Assembly (NCBI RefSeq): GCF_001194135.2 | Contig: NC_068986.1 | Coordinates: 71,291,131-71,339,790, forward strand | DNA length: 48,660 bases | Reading direction: 5' to 3' | DNA from: Octopus bimaculoides | Taxonomy: Eukaryota | Shown here: positions 14,791 to 26,939 of the stretch, piece after piece | How the letters are laid out: each line of letters opens with the position of its first letter | Numbering within the stretch: the stretch's first letter is position 1 | Notes under the pieces: generated by a model | Seen by the model: only the letters and a program-made list of their open reading frames with translations | The model's database searches: none | Told to the model about the DNA's origin: nothing | Position numbers and translations under genes: made by a program

Positions 14791-14862
14791 GTGTTAGTTT
14801 AATTTTCACATAAAGGATTTCGTCATATTCTGAAAGATATTGGGCAAAATCATTTAGATATA

Positions 14863-15030
14863 GGTGCAGGCTTAGCTTTGTATGAAAGCAGCTTGCATCC
14901 CAACCATAGGGACGTTACGCTCAGTCCCACTGCACAGCACCTTGGGCAAGTGTCTTCTAATATATATCCTGCAAACCAAAGCTTTGTTAGTGGATTTAGT
15001 TGGCAGAAATTGAAAGAACCTCGTCGCATA
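14863..15030 (+). mobile_element. CORE-type tRNA-derived SINE (family 3), 5' part
   Basis: cagtcccactgcacagcaccttgggcaagtgtcttcta resembles the CORE domain (MIR-like accttgggcaagt); homologous to 17641, 21285, 24128 and 31820. Confidence 0.8.
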
Positions 15031-15494
15031 TACATAAACATAAGTATATATATAAGAGAAAAAGAAAACGGAGATTGGGAAGTTAATAATAGTTTATTAT
15101 TATTGGTCTTTACAGCTGTTTCAATTAATATTCAGTAAATATCAAATTTATATAACTCTAGCATAATACATTCAGAAGGAAAAAGTTACATCCTTCAATG
15201 TTTTATATGTGTTTATGGATTTATTATAGCATACTGAATGATACGATTTATGATTTGTATTGTTATATGTTCGAGTGAGAGGTTTACAGATTGATTGGAG
15301 ATAAGATAGAGTAGGTTTCCTTGAAACGCTACAGGGCAGACAAAATAATTCGTCTTTTATATGAATATAAACTATATGTTTTTATATATACACCTATTAT
15401 TTTAAGGAAATTAATTACCCCCAAATACTAGGTATTGAACCGGTATTTCTTTGGATGAAACCATCCCTTCATGAGGTTAACATAACCTCTAATC

Positions 15495-15529
<35 letters not shown>

Positions 15530-15614
15530 NNNNNNNNNNNNNNNNNNNNNNNNNNNNNNNNNNNNNNNNNNNNNNNNNNNNNNNNNNNNNNNNNNNNNNN
15601 NNNNNNNNNNNNNN

Positions 15615-15660
<46 letters not shown>

Positions 15661-15692
15661 CATACACACACGCACGCACACACATACATAGT

Positions 15693-16000
15693 GAAAGCAC
15701 GTGGCTTAATGGTTGGCGTATTCGCAAGGTTGTGAGTACGATTCGCGGCGGGGCGTTGTGTTCTTGAGCAAGACACTTTACCTCAGGTCACTCCATTTAA
15801 CTCAGCTGGCAGAAGTGATTAGTACCTGGAAGTCAAAGGGTCTGCCTTGTCACATTCTGTGCTACACTGAATCTCCCTGAGAACTACGGGAAGGGTATTT
15901 GTGTCTGTGGAGCGATCAGCCACCTGCATGTTAATTTTACAACTAGGCAGTTCCGTTGATTGGATCAACTGAAACTCTCGTCACGGTAACCAAAGGATTG
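15693..16000 (+). mobile_element. tRNA-derived SINE family 2, near full length
   Basis: gcacgtggcttaatggtt head, gttgtgttcttgagcaagacacttta, ctcagctggcag, gaatctccctgagaactacg; homologous to the minus copy at 43957-44266. Confidence 0.85.
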
Positions 16001-16084
16001 TTAGTTAGTTCTCTCTCTCTCCCCCTCTCCCCCTCTCTCTCTCTGTCTATATATATATATATATAAATGTGCGTGTATGTTTAT

Positions 16085-16295
16085 TCTTGTACTGTGCTTG
16101 TCCACCACCACCGTTTGAAAACGGTATTGGTTTGTTTGCGTTCCCATTACCTTACTGTTTGGCAAATGTGATCGATATAACATATACTACTGTTAAAAAA
16201 TTAATACTGCGATCGATTTTCTTACTAAGACATTTGAAGGCGGTGCTTCCGGATGGTCGCAGACCAATGACTGAAACAAGTAAAGGATAAAGATC
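16085..16295 (+). mobile_element. SINE family 3, 3' part
   Basis: ttgtccaccaccacc...gaaggcggtgcttcc..atggtcgcag..aatgactgaaacaagtaaag; matches 24510-24712. Confidence 0.75.
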
Positions 16296-16576
16296 ATCCT
16301 CCGCACTGTAACTTCATAATTACCTTCCTTGCTTTTCTGTGATTATATGAATATATTGAATGCATTTTTTATACTAATATTTGTTTATATCACGTGTTCT
16401 GATATGGCAAGACAATACATGAATGTGTGCCATATCTTTATCATATTTCAAGGTAATTTCGTATATTTTTACTCATATATTGTTCCAATGCTTTAATTAA
16501 TCGTAAGAAATGGCAAATAAAACACTGCATAATGATTCGAGAACACAAGTTTTAGATTTTAATAACAAGTGCAAAA

Positions 16577-16783
16577 ACGGTTTCAAATTTTGGCACAAAT
16601 CCAGCAATTTCAAGAGTTAGGTGAGTCGATTACATCAACCGCAGTGCTGAACTGATGTTCGATTTATTGAAATCGAAGGGCATAGACAACCTCGGTTGTA
16701 TTCGAACTCAGAACGTAAAGACAGACGAAATGCCGCTAAGAATTTTATTCAGCGTGCTGACCATTCTGCCACCGCACCACCTT
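16577..16783 (-). mobile_element. SINE family 1
   Basis: Reverse complement of family 1: aggtggtgcggtggcagaatggtcagcacgctg...ttgtgccaaaatttgaaacc. Confidence 0.8.
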
Positions 16784-17520
16784 TGGCAACACAAGCAATA
16801 ATGATATTCATTTTAACATATACACAAACGTATACATTACTAAATAATCTTAAACACATGTATACATATAAAAGTGTAAAAATTAGGCTTCTTAAATTAT
16901 AAAGGAATAAAATAACAGCAAATATTTACCGATGAAAATACCCAGCCCATTAAATGGAAACGCATTTATTATAAATATCGAGGTGAATGAGACAAAATGC
17001 TCGAAACACAGAATATGTTGAAAATAATACTTGTTCCTAAAACGGTGTAGACGAGGGTTTACATATAGATCATTGGAATATACATAGCATTTTGAACATA
17101 GTTGGTGAAGGAGGGGCCAAAATATGAAGAAACTGTTCGCGAATGTGAAAGCAAAAACCAGAAGAAAATAATAAAAATGGAAAGCAGTGCATATGTACAA
17201 ACACACACACGCGCTCGCACACACACACATACACACGCGTAAGCACACATACGCACACATGCATATATTATATGTGTGTGTAGGTGTGTGTGTGTGTGTG
17301 CGTGTGAGTGTGCGTGTGAGTGTGCGTGTGAGAGAGAGGCAAAGAGAAAGGGTGTGTGTGTGTGTGAGAGAGAGAGAAAGAGAAAGAGGGAAAGAAAAAG
17401 AGAGTTTGTGTGTGTATATATAAATAAATATATATTATATATATATGTATATGTATATATGTTTATGTATATGAATACATATATATGTATATATATATAT
17501 GTATCTATGTATATATATGT

Positions 17521-17521
17521 A

Positions 17522-17575
<54 letters not shown>

Positions 17576-17592
17576 ACTATCTATCTATATAT
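17521..17592. repeat. (TCTA)n microsatellite
   Basis: Direct observation. Confidence 0.9.
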
Positions 17593-17640
17593 ATAGATAC
17601 ATATGAGTGTGAGTGTGTGTGCATGTGAGTGTATATATAG

Positions 17641-17910
17641 GCGCGGGAGTGGCTGTATGGAAAGAAGCTTGCTTCCCAACCACATGGTTCCGGGGTCACT
17701 TCCACAGCGTGGCACTTTGAGCGAGTGTCTTCTACTGTAGCCTCGACCCGACCAAAGCCTTTTGACTGGATTTGGTAGACGGAACGAGAAGAAGCCTGTC
17801 GTATATTCTTCTATTTTTCTATGTGTTTCAGCCCTGAGGTTGTGTCAACGCTGGGGCACAGGTCTTGTAACTTAGCGGTGCGACAACACAAATGCTCACA
17901 GCAAGTAAAA
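17641..17910 (+). mobile_element. SINE family 3 (CORE-type) with partial tail
   Basis: gcgggagtggctgtatggaaagaagcttgcttcccaaccacatggttccgggg...gtgtcttctactgtagcctcg...gaagaagcctgtcgtata. Confidence 0.85.
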
Positions 17911-18109
17911 GACAAAAGACAAAATATATTAATCGTTGTTAATCGAAACAAGTAATGCAAAGATAGGAGATTGAAAATGCACAGGAAATATATGGAAAGT
18001 TATTTAAATTTTAATAGATATACACACTGGATCGGTTTCACTTTTAATTTCTCAAAATGTATGTGTATGTTATGCGGTACCGAACTGAGCCGTAAAATGT
18101 ATTTTTGTC

Positions 18110-18389
18110 TGTGTACATACATACTTACATACATACATATATATATGTATATATANNNNNNNNNNNNNNNNNNNNNNNNNNNNNNNNNNNNNNNNNNNNN
18201 NNNNNNNNNNNNNNNNNNNNNNNNNNNNNNNNNNNNNNNNNNNNNNNNNNNNNNNNNNNNNNNNNNNNNNNNNNNNNNNNNNNNNNNNNNATATATATAT
18301 ATATATATATACATATATACATATGTATATATGTAGATGTATCCGTATGCATATATATGCATACGCATATATCTATATATATACATATG

Positions 18390-18470
<81 letters not shown>

Positions 18471-18650
18471 ATGTATGTATGTATATATATATAAGTATGT
18501 ATAACAAAATGTATACCAATAATTACCTATAGTTATACATATATATACATATATACATATATACATATATATATCATATATATGTACACACACATACACA
18601 CACATATATATATACATATACATACATGTACATACATATACATATTCATG

Positions 18651-18726
<76 letters not shown>

Positions 18727-19030
18727 AAAATATATGCATACATACATTTATGTATGTGAGTACGTATGTATAAATATAGGCGTGTGTGTATGTGTGCATA
18801 TGTGTACATGCATACATACATACATGCTTAAATACATATGTTTATGTATGCGTGTATGCATTTATTACTGTTACTGGTTATTCGTTGTTTGAAACTGGAG
18901 ATTCCGCAAGACACGTGCATCCTTCGTGTATTTCTCATGCTGTATCAGCACGCACAGTGTGTGACGAGACCCTACCTGTGCATGTATATATATATGTATG
19001 TATGTATGTATGTGTGTCCGTATGTACGTA
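18110..19030. repeat. TA/TG/TACA low-complexity field with an N gap
   Basis: Alternating purine-pyrimidine repeats; source of the spurious Y/I/C/V/H-rich ORFs. Confidence 0.9.
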
Positions 19031-19552
19031 TNNNNNNNNNNNNNNNNNNNNNNNNNNNNNNNNNNNNNNNNNNNNNNNNNNNNNNNNNNNNNNNNNNNNN
19101 NNNNNNNNNNNNNNNNNNNNNNNNNNNNNNNNNNNNNNNNNNNNNNNNNNNNNNNNNNNNNNNNNNNNNNNNNNNNNNNNNNNNNNNNNNNNNNNNNNNN
19201 NNNNNNNNNNNNNNNNNNNNNNNNNNNNNNNNNNNNNNNNNNNNNNNNNNNNNNNNNNNNNNNNNNNNNNNNNNNNNNNNNNNNNNNNNNNNNNNNNNNN
19301 NNNNNNNNNNNNNNNNNNNNNNNNNNNNNNNNNNNNNNNNNNNNNNNNNNNNNNNNNNNNNNNNNNNNNNNNNNNNNNNNNNNNNNNNNNNNNNNNNNNN
19401 NNNNNNNNNNNNNNNNNNNNNNNNNNNNNNNNNNNNNNNNNNNNNNNNNNNNNNNNNNNNNNNNNNNNNATATAATGTTAGTATGTAAGTGTGGGTGTAT
19501 ATATATACATATATATACACCCACACTTACATACAAACATAACATTTTTTTT

Positions 19553-19610
19553 AACATCATTATCATCGTAGCCGTCGTCGTCGTCGTCATCGCCATCTTC
19601 ATTGTCGTTG

Positions 19611-19664
<54 letters not shown>

Positions 19665-19709
19665 CCACCATCACTATCATTATCATCATCCTCATCATCA
19701 TCAGCATTA

Positions 19710-19752
<43 letters not shown>

Positions 19753-19772
19753 CATTATTATTATGATTATGA
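19553..19772. repeat. Compound (ATC)n/(GTC)n/(ATT)n microsatellite
   Basis: Direct observation. Confidence 0.9.
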
Positions 19773-20939
19773 TAAATGTATAAAATTATGAGAAAGACTA
19801 TATATGATATGACCAGTAGAGCAACGCTATAGAATAATAACAAATTACAATGGAACATCAGGAACATTGGGGCTTTGCACAAAATACTTTGCGGTATTTA
19901 GTAACGCTTTTCTTTTTTATGTTCTGCTTTCAATTCTTTCTAGAGTCGACTACGTTCTCCTCACCTTCGTCTCAATTAAATATGTAACAGTCAAACGACT
20001 AAAAGCCTCCATAGAAACACGTGTCCTTTTGCAGATGTAATGCATAAATAAATAGATAAGTTCCGATAGTTTTTATTTCCCTCTTTTTTATTGTTTCTGT
20101 TGAAAATATTTTCGTATTTGTCGTGTGTGAAATGCCCGTCGCTATTGACCTAATTTCTACTTTCATTTTCCCCAGCCATCATTGTCAAAGCAAGTTCAAG
20201 GTCAATCTTTCTCCTTGACTACACGGACTGTTAAAGAAAGGATTCGCCTCGCTGTTGTTATTATTCCTCCTTACTGCTATTAATTTCTTTTGTGCAGTTG
20301 CCGTTAGTATCACCGCTGGCTTTGTCGCGCTATCGTCATTTTAGCTCCCGACGTTGCAGTTAATGCTGCTATTGTTGTCAATGTTATTGATGTCGTCGAT
20401 GTTATTACTATTATTTCATTCGATATTTTGTTTAACATTTTTGCTGTTATTAATAATATTATTAGAACAGCGCTTTAGTTTTTTCTTTGTTTTCCTTATG
20501 AAATCTAAAACAAGAAGACGTCCCCGTCACCATCTATATATGTATAATAACAACGAAAAACCGCAAGATCTAAATCAATTTACGGGAAACAATAAATAAA
20601 AAGTCTAAACAGTAGCTTTTCGGAAAGTACAATAGCAACACCTATAACATCACAAGGAATATAATGATACTTTCTTTATGTTCTATAGCTTCTATAGCAG
20701 CAGCGCTAATGTAAAGAATATCACGCCTATAGGAAGTAACATGTACATGCATATATAGAGCGCCCATGTGTTCACACAAACATATATACAGACAAGCAAA
20801 CATACATACACTCATACAGGCGCGCACAGACACATACATACACATACATACTTTTATGTGCATATTTATATATATACATAAATATGTGTACATTTTTGCA
20901 TATGCATGTCTATATAAATATCTATCTATCTATCAACAC

Positions 20940-20979
<40 letters not shown>

Positions 20980-21284
20980 ATATATATACATATATATATG
21001 TATATATATATATAATATAATATAGGATAAATTCTTTATAATAATTTATATGTATATATATAAGAATTTATATGTATATATATATTTATATGNNNNNNNN
21101 NNNNNNNNNNNNNNNNNNNNNNNNNNNNNNNNNNNNNNNNNNNNNNNNNNNNNNNNNNNNNNNNNNNNNNNNNNNNNNNNNNNNNNNNNNNNATATATAT
21201 ATATATATACAAACACACACACATTTAAATATATGTATATTTATATCGATAGATAGATAAATTGATATATAGATATATTCTTTT

Positions 21285-21650
21285 ATTCTTTTATACGTTT
21301 CACTCATTTGACAGCGGCCATGCTAGAGCACCACCTTAAAGGGTTTTTTTGATCGATGAAATCGACCCCACGACGTATTCTTTGTAAGTCTAGTACTTTT
21401 TATATCAATCTCTTTGCTGAACCGCTAGTGTTACGGGGTCATAAACTCGCGAACATCGGTTGTCAAGTGATGGTATGGGGACAAATAGAGACATAAAGGC
21501 ACACATATATAAACACATATACGCGGGCACACACACATACACATATACTACGGGCTTCTTTCTGTTTCCATTTACTAAATTCACTCACATGGCTTTGGTG
21601 AATCCGGAGCCATGTGGTTGGGAAGCAAGCTTCTTACCACACAGCCACAT
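21285..21650 (-). mobile_element. SINE family 3, near full length with internal deletion
   Basis: Reverse complement has head gtggctgtgtggtaagaagcttgcttcccaaccacatggctccgg and tail gctctagcatggccgctgtcaaatgagtgaaa. Confidence 0.82.
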
Positions 21651-21927
21651 AGATATAAATATATATATAGATATATACATCTATTTAAATTCATATGCAC
21701 ATATACACTATATATGTATGTATATGTATATATTTGGTTCTAAAAAATAAAATATATATAAAAACACTCTGTGCAAGACATTGTAGATCTTTGGCTGGGC
21801 TAAAAAGTCACATTCGATCACAACACCGTTAAGTTAAGCTTCGTGCAATGGCCATACTCGATAACGAGGGGGCAGCCATCATATGTATATATATATATGT
21901 GTGTGTTTGTGTGTATGTATATATATG

Positions 21928-21963
<36 letters not shown>

Positions 21964-22089
21964 TTGTATGTATATACATATATATTCATACATACGCATA
22001 CAATACTCAAACACGCGCACAGACATATAAGAAATGAACAAATGCATGCTGGTTTACTTTATGTTATATTACAGGAAGTTATGTCCATG

Positions 22090-22188
22090 TACATCACGGC
22101 TGAATTTGAACTCAGAGAGCATAAAGACGGACAAAATGCCGCTAAGCATTTTTCCCGGCGTGCTAATGCTTTTGTTAGCTAGCCGTCA
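22090..22188 (-). mobile_element. SINE family 1, 5' fragment
   Basis: Reverse complement: gacggctagctaacaaaagcattagcacgccgggaaaaatgcttagcggcattttgtccg...ctgagttcaaattcagccg. Confidence 0.75.
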
Positions 22189-22239
22189 TAGGTTTTTAAA
22201 ATATATTGTCAATTAAGTCGGTTCGGTTTTGAACTTGTG

Positions 22240-22700
22240 ACCGTATGGGAAAAAAGTGAAATGACCTTCGTTTTCACAATTCCAGGTCTCTCAGTGATGA
22301 CGGAAACTTCTTTGCTTCAGTGTGGATACCTCTTTTGAGTCTGTGCAGAGCCATTTGTAATCCTACCCGTTCACTTTCTAGGCCATGCGGAAGTTTTTCT
22401 CAGCGAAGAATCAAAGCATAATATGATTCGTATTGTATTTGAACAGCTTCGAGTAGTGCAAGGATCGGATCACCGACTCATCTAAGTAGCTCACTAGAAG
22501 TTTTATACTAGAATACATTATCTTGAGTTGCTCAGCGGAGGTCCTCGTCGATTTTCTGCTGATTTCATTGATGATGTAGGACGAGATGGGTTGTCATGAG
22601 GACGTGTCACCGTTTGATTGCTGTTAAAGACTCTATCATTTGGTCACGGACGACAGTTTCCCTCCAAAGGACTCAAGCACTTTCTGCAACTGAACATGAA
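22240..22700 (-). mobile_element. Possible mariner-derived relic
   Basis: Minus-strand aaacggtgacacgtcctcatgacaacccatctcgtcctacatc resembles KRGxTSLxDxPRxGRP; highly decayed. Confidence 0.35.
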
Positions 22701-23839
22701 GGGGAATGACTGCGTTCGATTATGTAACAATATACAAGGTATTGTGGGTGACACAGGAAGGGTTAACTTTACATTTACTGAGCCGTATTTTAATCTGTTG
22801 ATAAATGTAACACAGAAAAGAGAAAGTTTTAAAACTGAGTAAATGTCATGTACTGTGTAATATATATGGCTACAAACATTACTTATATATATATATATAT
22901 ATATATATATTAGTTCCCCTTCATATCTTTCATGTCTTCGCTACTTGGAGTAGCGCATCGACACTTTTAGCGTTTCCCCTAGGAAGCTCATCTCATGCAG
23001 GGAGGTAATTAATCTACGTGGGGTGGTTGCGAAGGATTGCATTGGACACGGTTGTATAACAACGGTACCTTATGGCCATATTTTAGAGCAGTAGTCGACA
23101 AAAGCAAAATAATTCTGTTTTCCCATGTGAATAATTTCAGAATTCAACCTGAAATTCGCATGCACATTTATACAGATACGTCTATATTTAGACGTATCTG
23201 TTAACAAATATATATTAGCAACAGAGGCAGTATTATTACCGAGAAGTAATTTGTATACCCACTTAAACATTTATAGTTTGTTCTGATAGAAACATTCACG
23301 TTTAAGTGGGGATAAATATAACCTATCGGTACTTGTTAATGTTTATCGTTGTAACTCTTTGTCCATTCATGCATATCTGATGCTATGTATGTTTACAGGC
23401 ATGTATATGTGTGTTTATATGTGGTATACGTGCATGTGGGTGTTATGCGAGAGTGCGTGTTTGTGTGCGTACATAAATGTATGTGTAAATATGTGTGTGT
23501 GTGCATATATACTAATATATAAATATATGTAACTATATAACATATACATATATACGTATATAACATATATATACATATATAGGTATATATATATATATAT
23601 ATATACTAATAAGCCACCCATATTATTTGTACGTATGTATGCATACATACGTACATACAAACATATACGCACATATATATACACAGTATATATATATATA
23701 TATATNNNNNNNNNNNNNNNNNNNNNNNNNNNNNNNNNNNNNNNNNNNNNNNNNNNNNNNNNNNNNNNNNNNNNNNNNNNNNNNNNNNNNNNNNNNNNNN
23801 ATATACATATATATATATATGTATGTATATACATACAGT

Positions 23840-24090
23840 GGAGGCGCAATGGCCCAGTGGTTAGGACCGCGGTTTCGATTCCCAGACTGCGCGTTCCACG
23901 AGGCTCCGGCAAGGGGTGGTGGTGACCCATGTTGTACTCTTTCGGCCCAACTTTCTCCCACTCTTTCTTCCTGTTTCTTAAGTAACGCTGCGATGGACTG
24001 GCGTCCCGTACAACTGGGGAGGAATACATACGCCATAGAAACCGGGAAACCGGGTCCCTGAGCCTAGCTAGGCTTTAAAGAGGCACATAA
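23840..24090 (+). mobile_element. tRNA-derived SINE family 4 (V-SINE-like 3' motif)
   Basis: A box ggcgcaatggcccagtggttag and B box ggtttcgattccc (intervening part deleted); 3' ctgcgatggactggcgtcccgt resembles the V-domain motif. Confidence 0.65.
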
Positions 24091-24127
24091 ATAAAAAATG
24101 AAAAATAAAAGTATATCATTTATCAAT

Positions 24128-24484
24128 TACTTGTTTCAATCATTGGACTGCAGCTATAGTGAGGCACTCTCTTGAAGTGTTTTAGTCGAACGGGTTGATT
24201 CCAGTACTGATCGCTAAGTTACAGGGACGTAATCAAACCAACTCCAGTTGTCAAGCGGTGGTGGGGGACAAATAGGCAGGCAGATACACACGCGCGCAAA
24301 CATACACAGACGTACACATAGATATATATACACACAAATATATAAATCAAGTTTCTTTCAGTTTTCGTGTAATAAATCCACTCAGAAATCAGGGCTATAG
24401 TAGAAGAACCTTGCTCAGATTTCCACACAGTGGGTCTGAATTAAGAATTATGAAGTTAGGAAGCAAACTTCAACCACACAATCA
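24128..24484 (-). mobile_element. SINE family 3, degenerate full length
   Basis: Reverse complement of the family 3 head, core and tail with an internal TG/TA linker. Confidence 0.75.
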
Positions 24485-24509
24485 TATATATGCACATATG
24501 TGTGTGTGC

Positions 24510-24712
24510 ATGTGTGCCTTTGTGTCTGTGTTTGTTCACCCCCACCCCATCAAAACTTGACAGCCAGTGCTGGTGTGTTTACGTCTCCGTAACCTAGCGT
24601 TTCGGTAAAATAGACCGATAGAATAAGTACTAGACTTAAAAGACTAAAATCATTCAAGGGGGTGCTCCATCATGGCCGCAGTTAAATGACTGAAACAAGT
24701 AAAATAATAAAT
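24510..24712 (+). mobile_element. SINE family 3, 3' part
   Basis: gcctttgtgtctgtgtttgtt...cttgacagccagtgctggtgtgtttacgtc...gatagaataagtactag...catggccgcagttaaatgactgaaacaagtaaa. Confidence 0.82.
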
Positions 24713-24937
24713 TCTTTTATTCTTACCACACAACCACATCTGCGCCTATGTGTATGTGTATATATNNNNNNNNNNNNNNNNNNNNNNNNNNNNNNNNNNN
24801 NNNNNNNNNNNNNNNNNNNNNNNNNNNNNNNNNNNNNNNNNNNNNNNNNNNNNNNNNNNNNNNNNNNNNNNNNNNNNNNNNNNNNNNNNNNNNNNNNNNN
24901 NNNNNNNNNNNNNNNNNNNNNNNNNNNNNNNNNNNNN

Positions 24938-24990
<53 letters not shown>

Positions 24991-24994
24991 ATAC

Positions 24995-25650
24995 ATAATA
25001 CAAAAATGGGACAAGAACGCAAAACATCCAGAAAGTTAGGTGAAACAAAAAAGGGACAACAAAATATCCAGACAGACGATACAAGGTAAACAAGGATCGA
25101 TCATTCGGAGTTTTCCATCCTCAGTCGTGTTCCAGATTATCTTTGCAATTTCGGCTGGTTATACTCGAGACTGCTCCAATCTGGCCAGCCCAAGGAAAAA
25201 TAAATTAAGAACATTAGATTTCTTGGAAGAAAGCAGCGAATGTATACGAAAACAAGGACGGAAAAAAACAGAAAAAATGTTACACAAATACAAATAACAG
25301 GACATAACAACAGGTGTCTTTCGACTAAGGACGAATTAAATTAAGCTGACGTGTGTGGAAGTAAAGCCTTACGGTAGGGACATAAGATTTAACAAGCACA
25401 GGAAGGAATATAGATGTTGCACGGACAGTAGTCCAACCAAGAAACCAGTCACGTGGGGAAAGAAGATAGAAAGAGGTAGAGACAAAGCAGAGGGATAGAA
25501 GAATTAAGGAGGGGCGACAGAAAAATGAAAGAGACACAGTGAAGTGAAAGAGGGAAAGTGAGCATGAAGAGAAGGCCAGGAAATGTGAGAGAGGGAGGAC
25601 CGCTGCACTAAGTGTGTGAATCGGAGTGGGGAATATGTTGAATAAAGTCA
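24995..25650 (-). mobile_element. Interspersed repeat, possibly the terminal region of a Penelope-like element
   Basis: Strongly strand-skewed non-coding block recalled as an octopus repeat, with a degenerate hammerhead-like motif at 25095-25124. No RT or GIY-YIG ORF is seen, so the class is tentative. Confidence 0.3.
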
Positions 25651-26330
25651 TAATTAATTGATCCTCCTGTATTTTCTTTTACTCGAAGCCAGGAACTTTT
25701 CATCACCCCTCTTACATTGGCTTCTTTTAGGCTTAATCGAAATTAATGTTCTTCTTAACTTGGCTATTAAAGGGGTAATGTTTTTAGAAATACTGCTATA
25801 AAGTTCCAAAGATTTTCCCGTGGAATAACGAAGGAAGCTTAGAGATGGAGTTATTTAGAAAACTTATTTCTCTGAGCTAAACTGACATTGTCTGAGTGTA
25901 TGTTATCAAACAATATAAACAGAAAATAAGACTGAGAGGGAGAAAGACAGAGAATTGTACATTTTTGGAGACTAAGTATGGATGGTGCAGCATGGGGGTT
26001 ACAAATGTTCACAATATTGACAGGATATTGTTGATTCATCTAATACTATTCTCTTCGCGAATTATATAGGTCTAAAGCTTAATCTAATGAGGTAGGTCTG
26101 CATTATGTTACTTTAAGCTATTCAAAACTACAATATGTTGGGTCTCGCACGGAGAAATAACATATAGTTGTCTCACATTGAGAAACTTACTCAAAAACGG
26201 AGAAGATTATCTAAATAAAGGTTGTGAAATGAAATTAAACTGCACAATAAAGTACAAAAGGAAAAGTATGTAAATTTATCTATGTTCAGTATCCGACGCT
26301 TTGCTGACAACAAAGTTTAAATTGTTTGTA

Positions 26331-26939
26331 TTGGATCATCCCATAAATAATGCAGGTTTTTTTATACTTCTTTTATTTTTCAAAAGTAAGGCAAAAAAGG
26401 TTATTTTTTTAAATCTAAAATATACTCCCCTTTATTTTCTACAATGCTCTTCCATCTATCTTGCAAGGCCCTCTTCCAAAATCCACTTTCTGTGACGAAA
26501 AATACTCCTCCAGTACTGTTCTGACCTCATCCACAGAATTCATATTTCTTCCGTCTAAATAATTTTGAAGACAGCGGAATAAAAGATAATCCGATGGGGC
26601 AATATCCGGCGAATATGGTGGCTGGGGCATCGTTTCCTATTCAAACTGCTCCAGACTTTGGAATGCCATCCTCGTTGTATGTGGCCGAGCGTTGCGGTGT
26701 TGTCTTTATTGAACTCATAAAGCAAAATATGCCGAATATGCTCCTTTGTCACTTCCATTAGAGCTTTGAAAAAATAACTGTTAAAATTGAACTGCACTCT
26801 TCAAAACTTGTACTAAGAACAGACAATGTAAAATTACTACCTGCTTTTATAGTAAGTTGATGCAGGTAGTTTATCCCATCCCCCTCCGACTTTTAGTTCA
26901 TGCAATTGAAAAAAACCCATTATTTATGTGATGACCCAA
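26331..26939 (-). mobile_element. Internally deleted mariner (Tc1/mariner) element with intact TIRs and TA TSD
   Basis: Left TA|ttggatcatcccataaataatg vs right cattatttatgtgatgacccaa|TA; minus strand encodes MEVTKEHIRHILLYEFNK joined to NARPH..PPYSPDIAPSDYLLFRCLQNYL. Confidence 0.92.

Noticed and set aside
16892-17260. 122-aa minus ORF with a hydrophobic stretch (membrane-protein exon?)
   Set aside because: Starts in a TG repeat, has no family motif or convincing splice context, and is explained by T-rich composition.
20200-20460. Asn/Asp-rich reading on minus resembling a low-complexity exon
   Set aside because: Decayed triplet repeat with in-frame stops.
23840-23890. tRNA gene
   Set aside because: The A and B boxes lack the anticodon arm between them and continue into a SINE body; the same applies to other SINE heads.
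15428-25093. Many 60-290 aa ORFs rich in Y/I/C/V/H/T or poly-I/D/M
   Set aside because: These are translations of TA/TG/ATC microsatellites and N runs that lack stop codons; no domain content.
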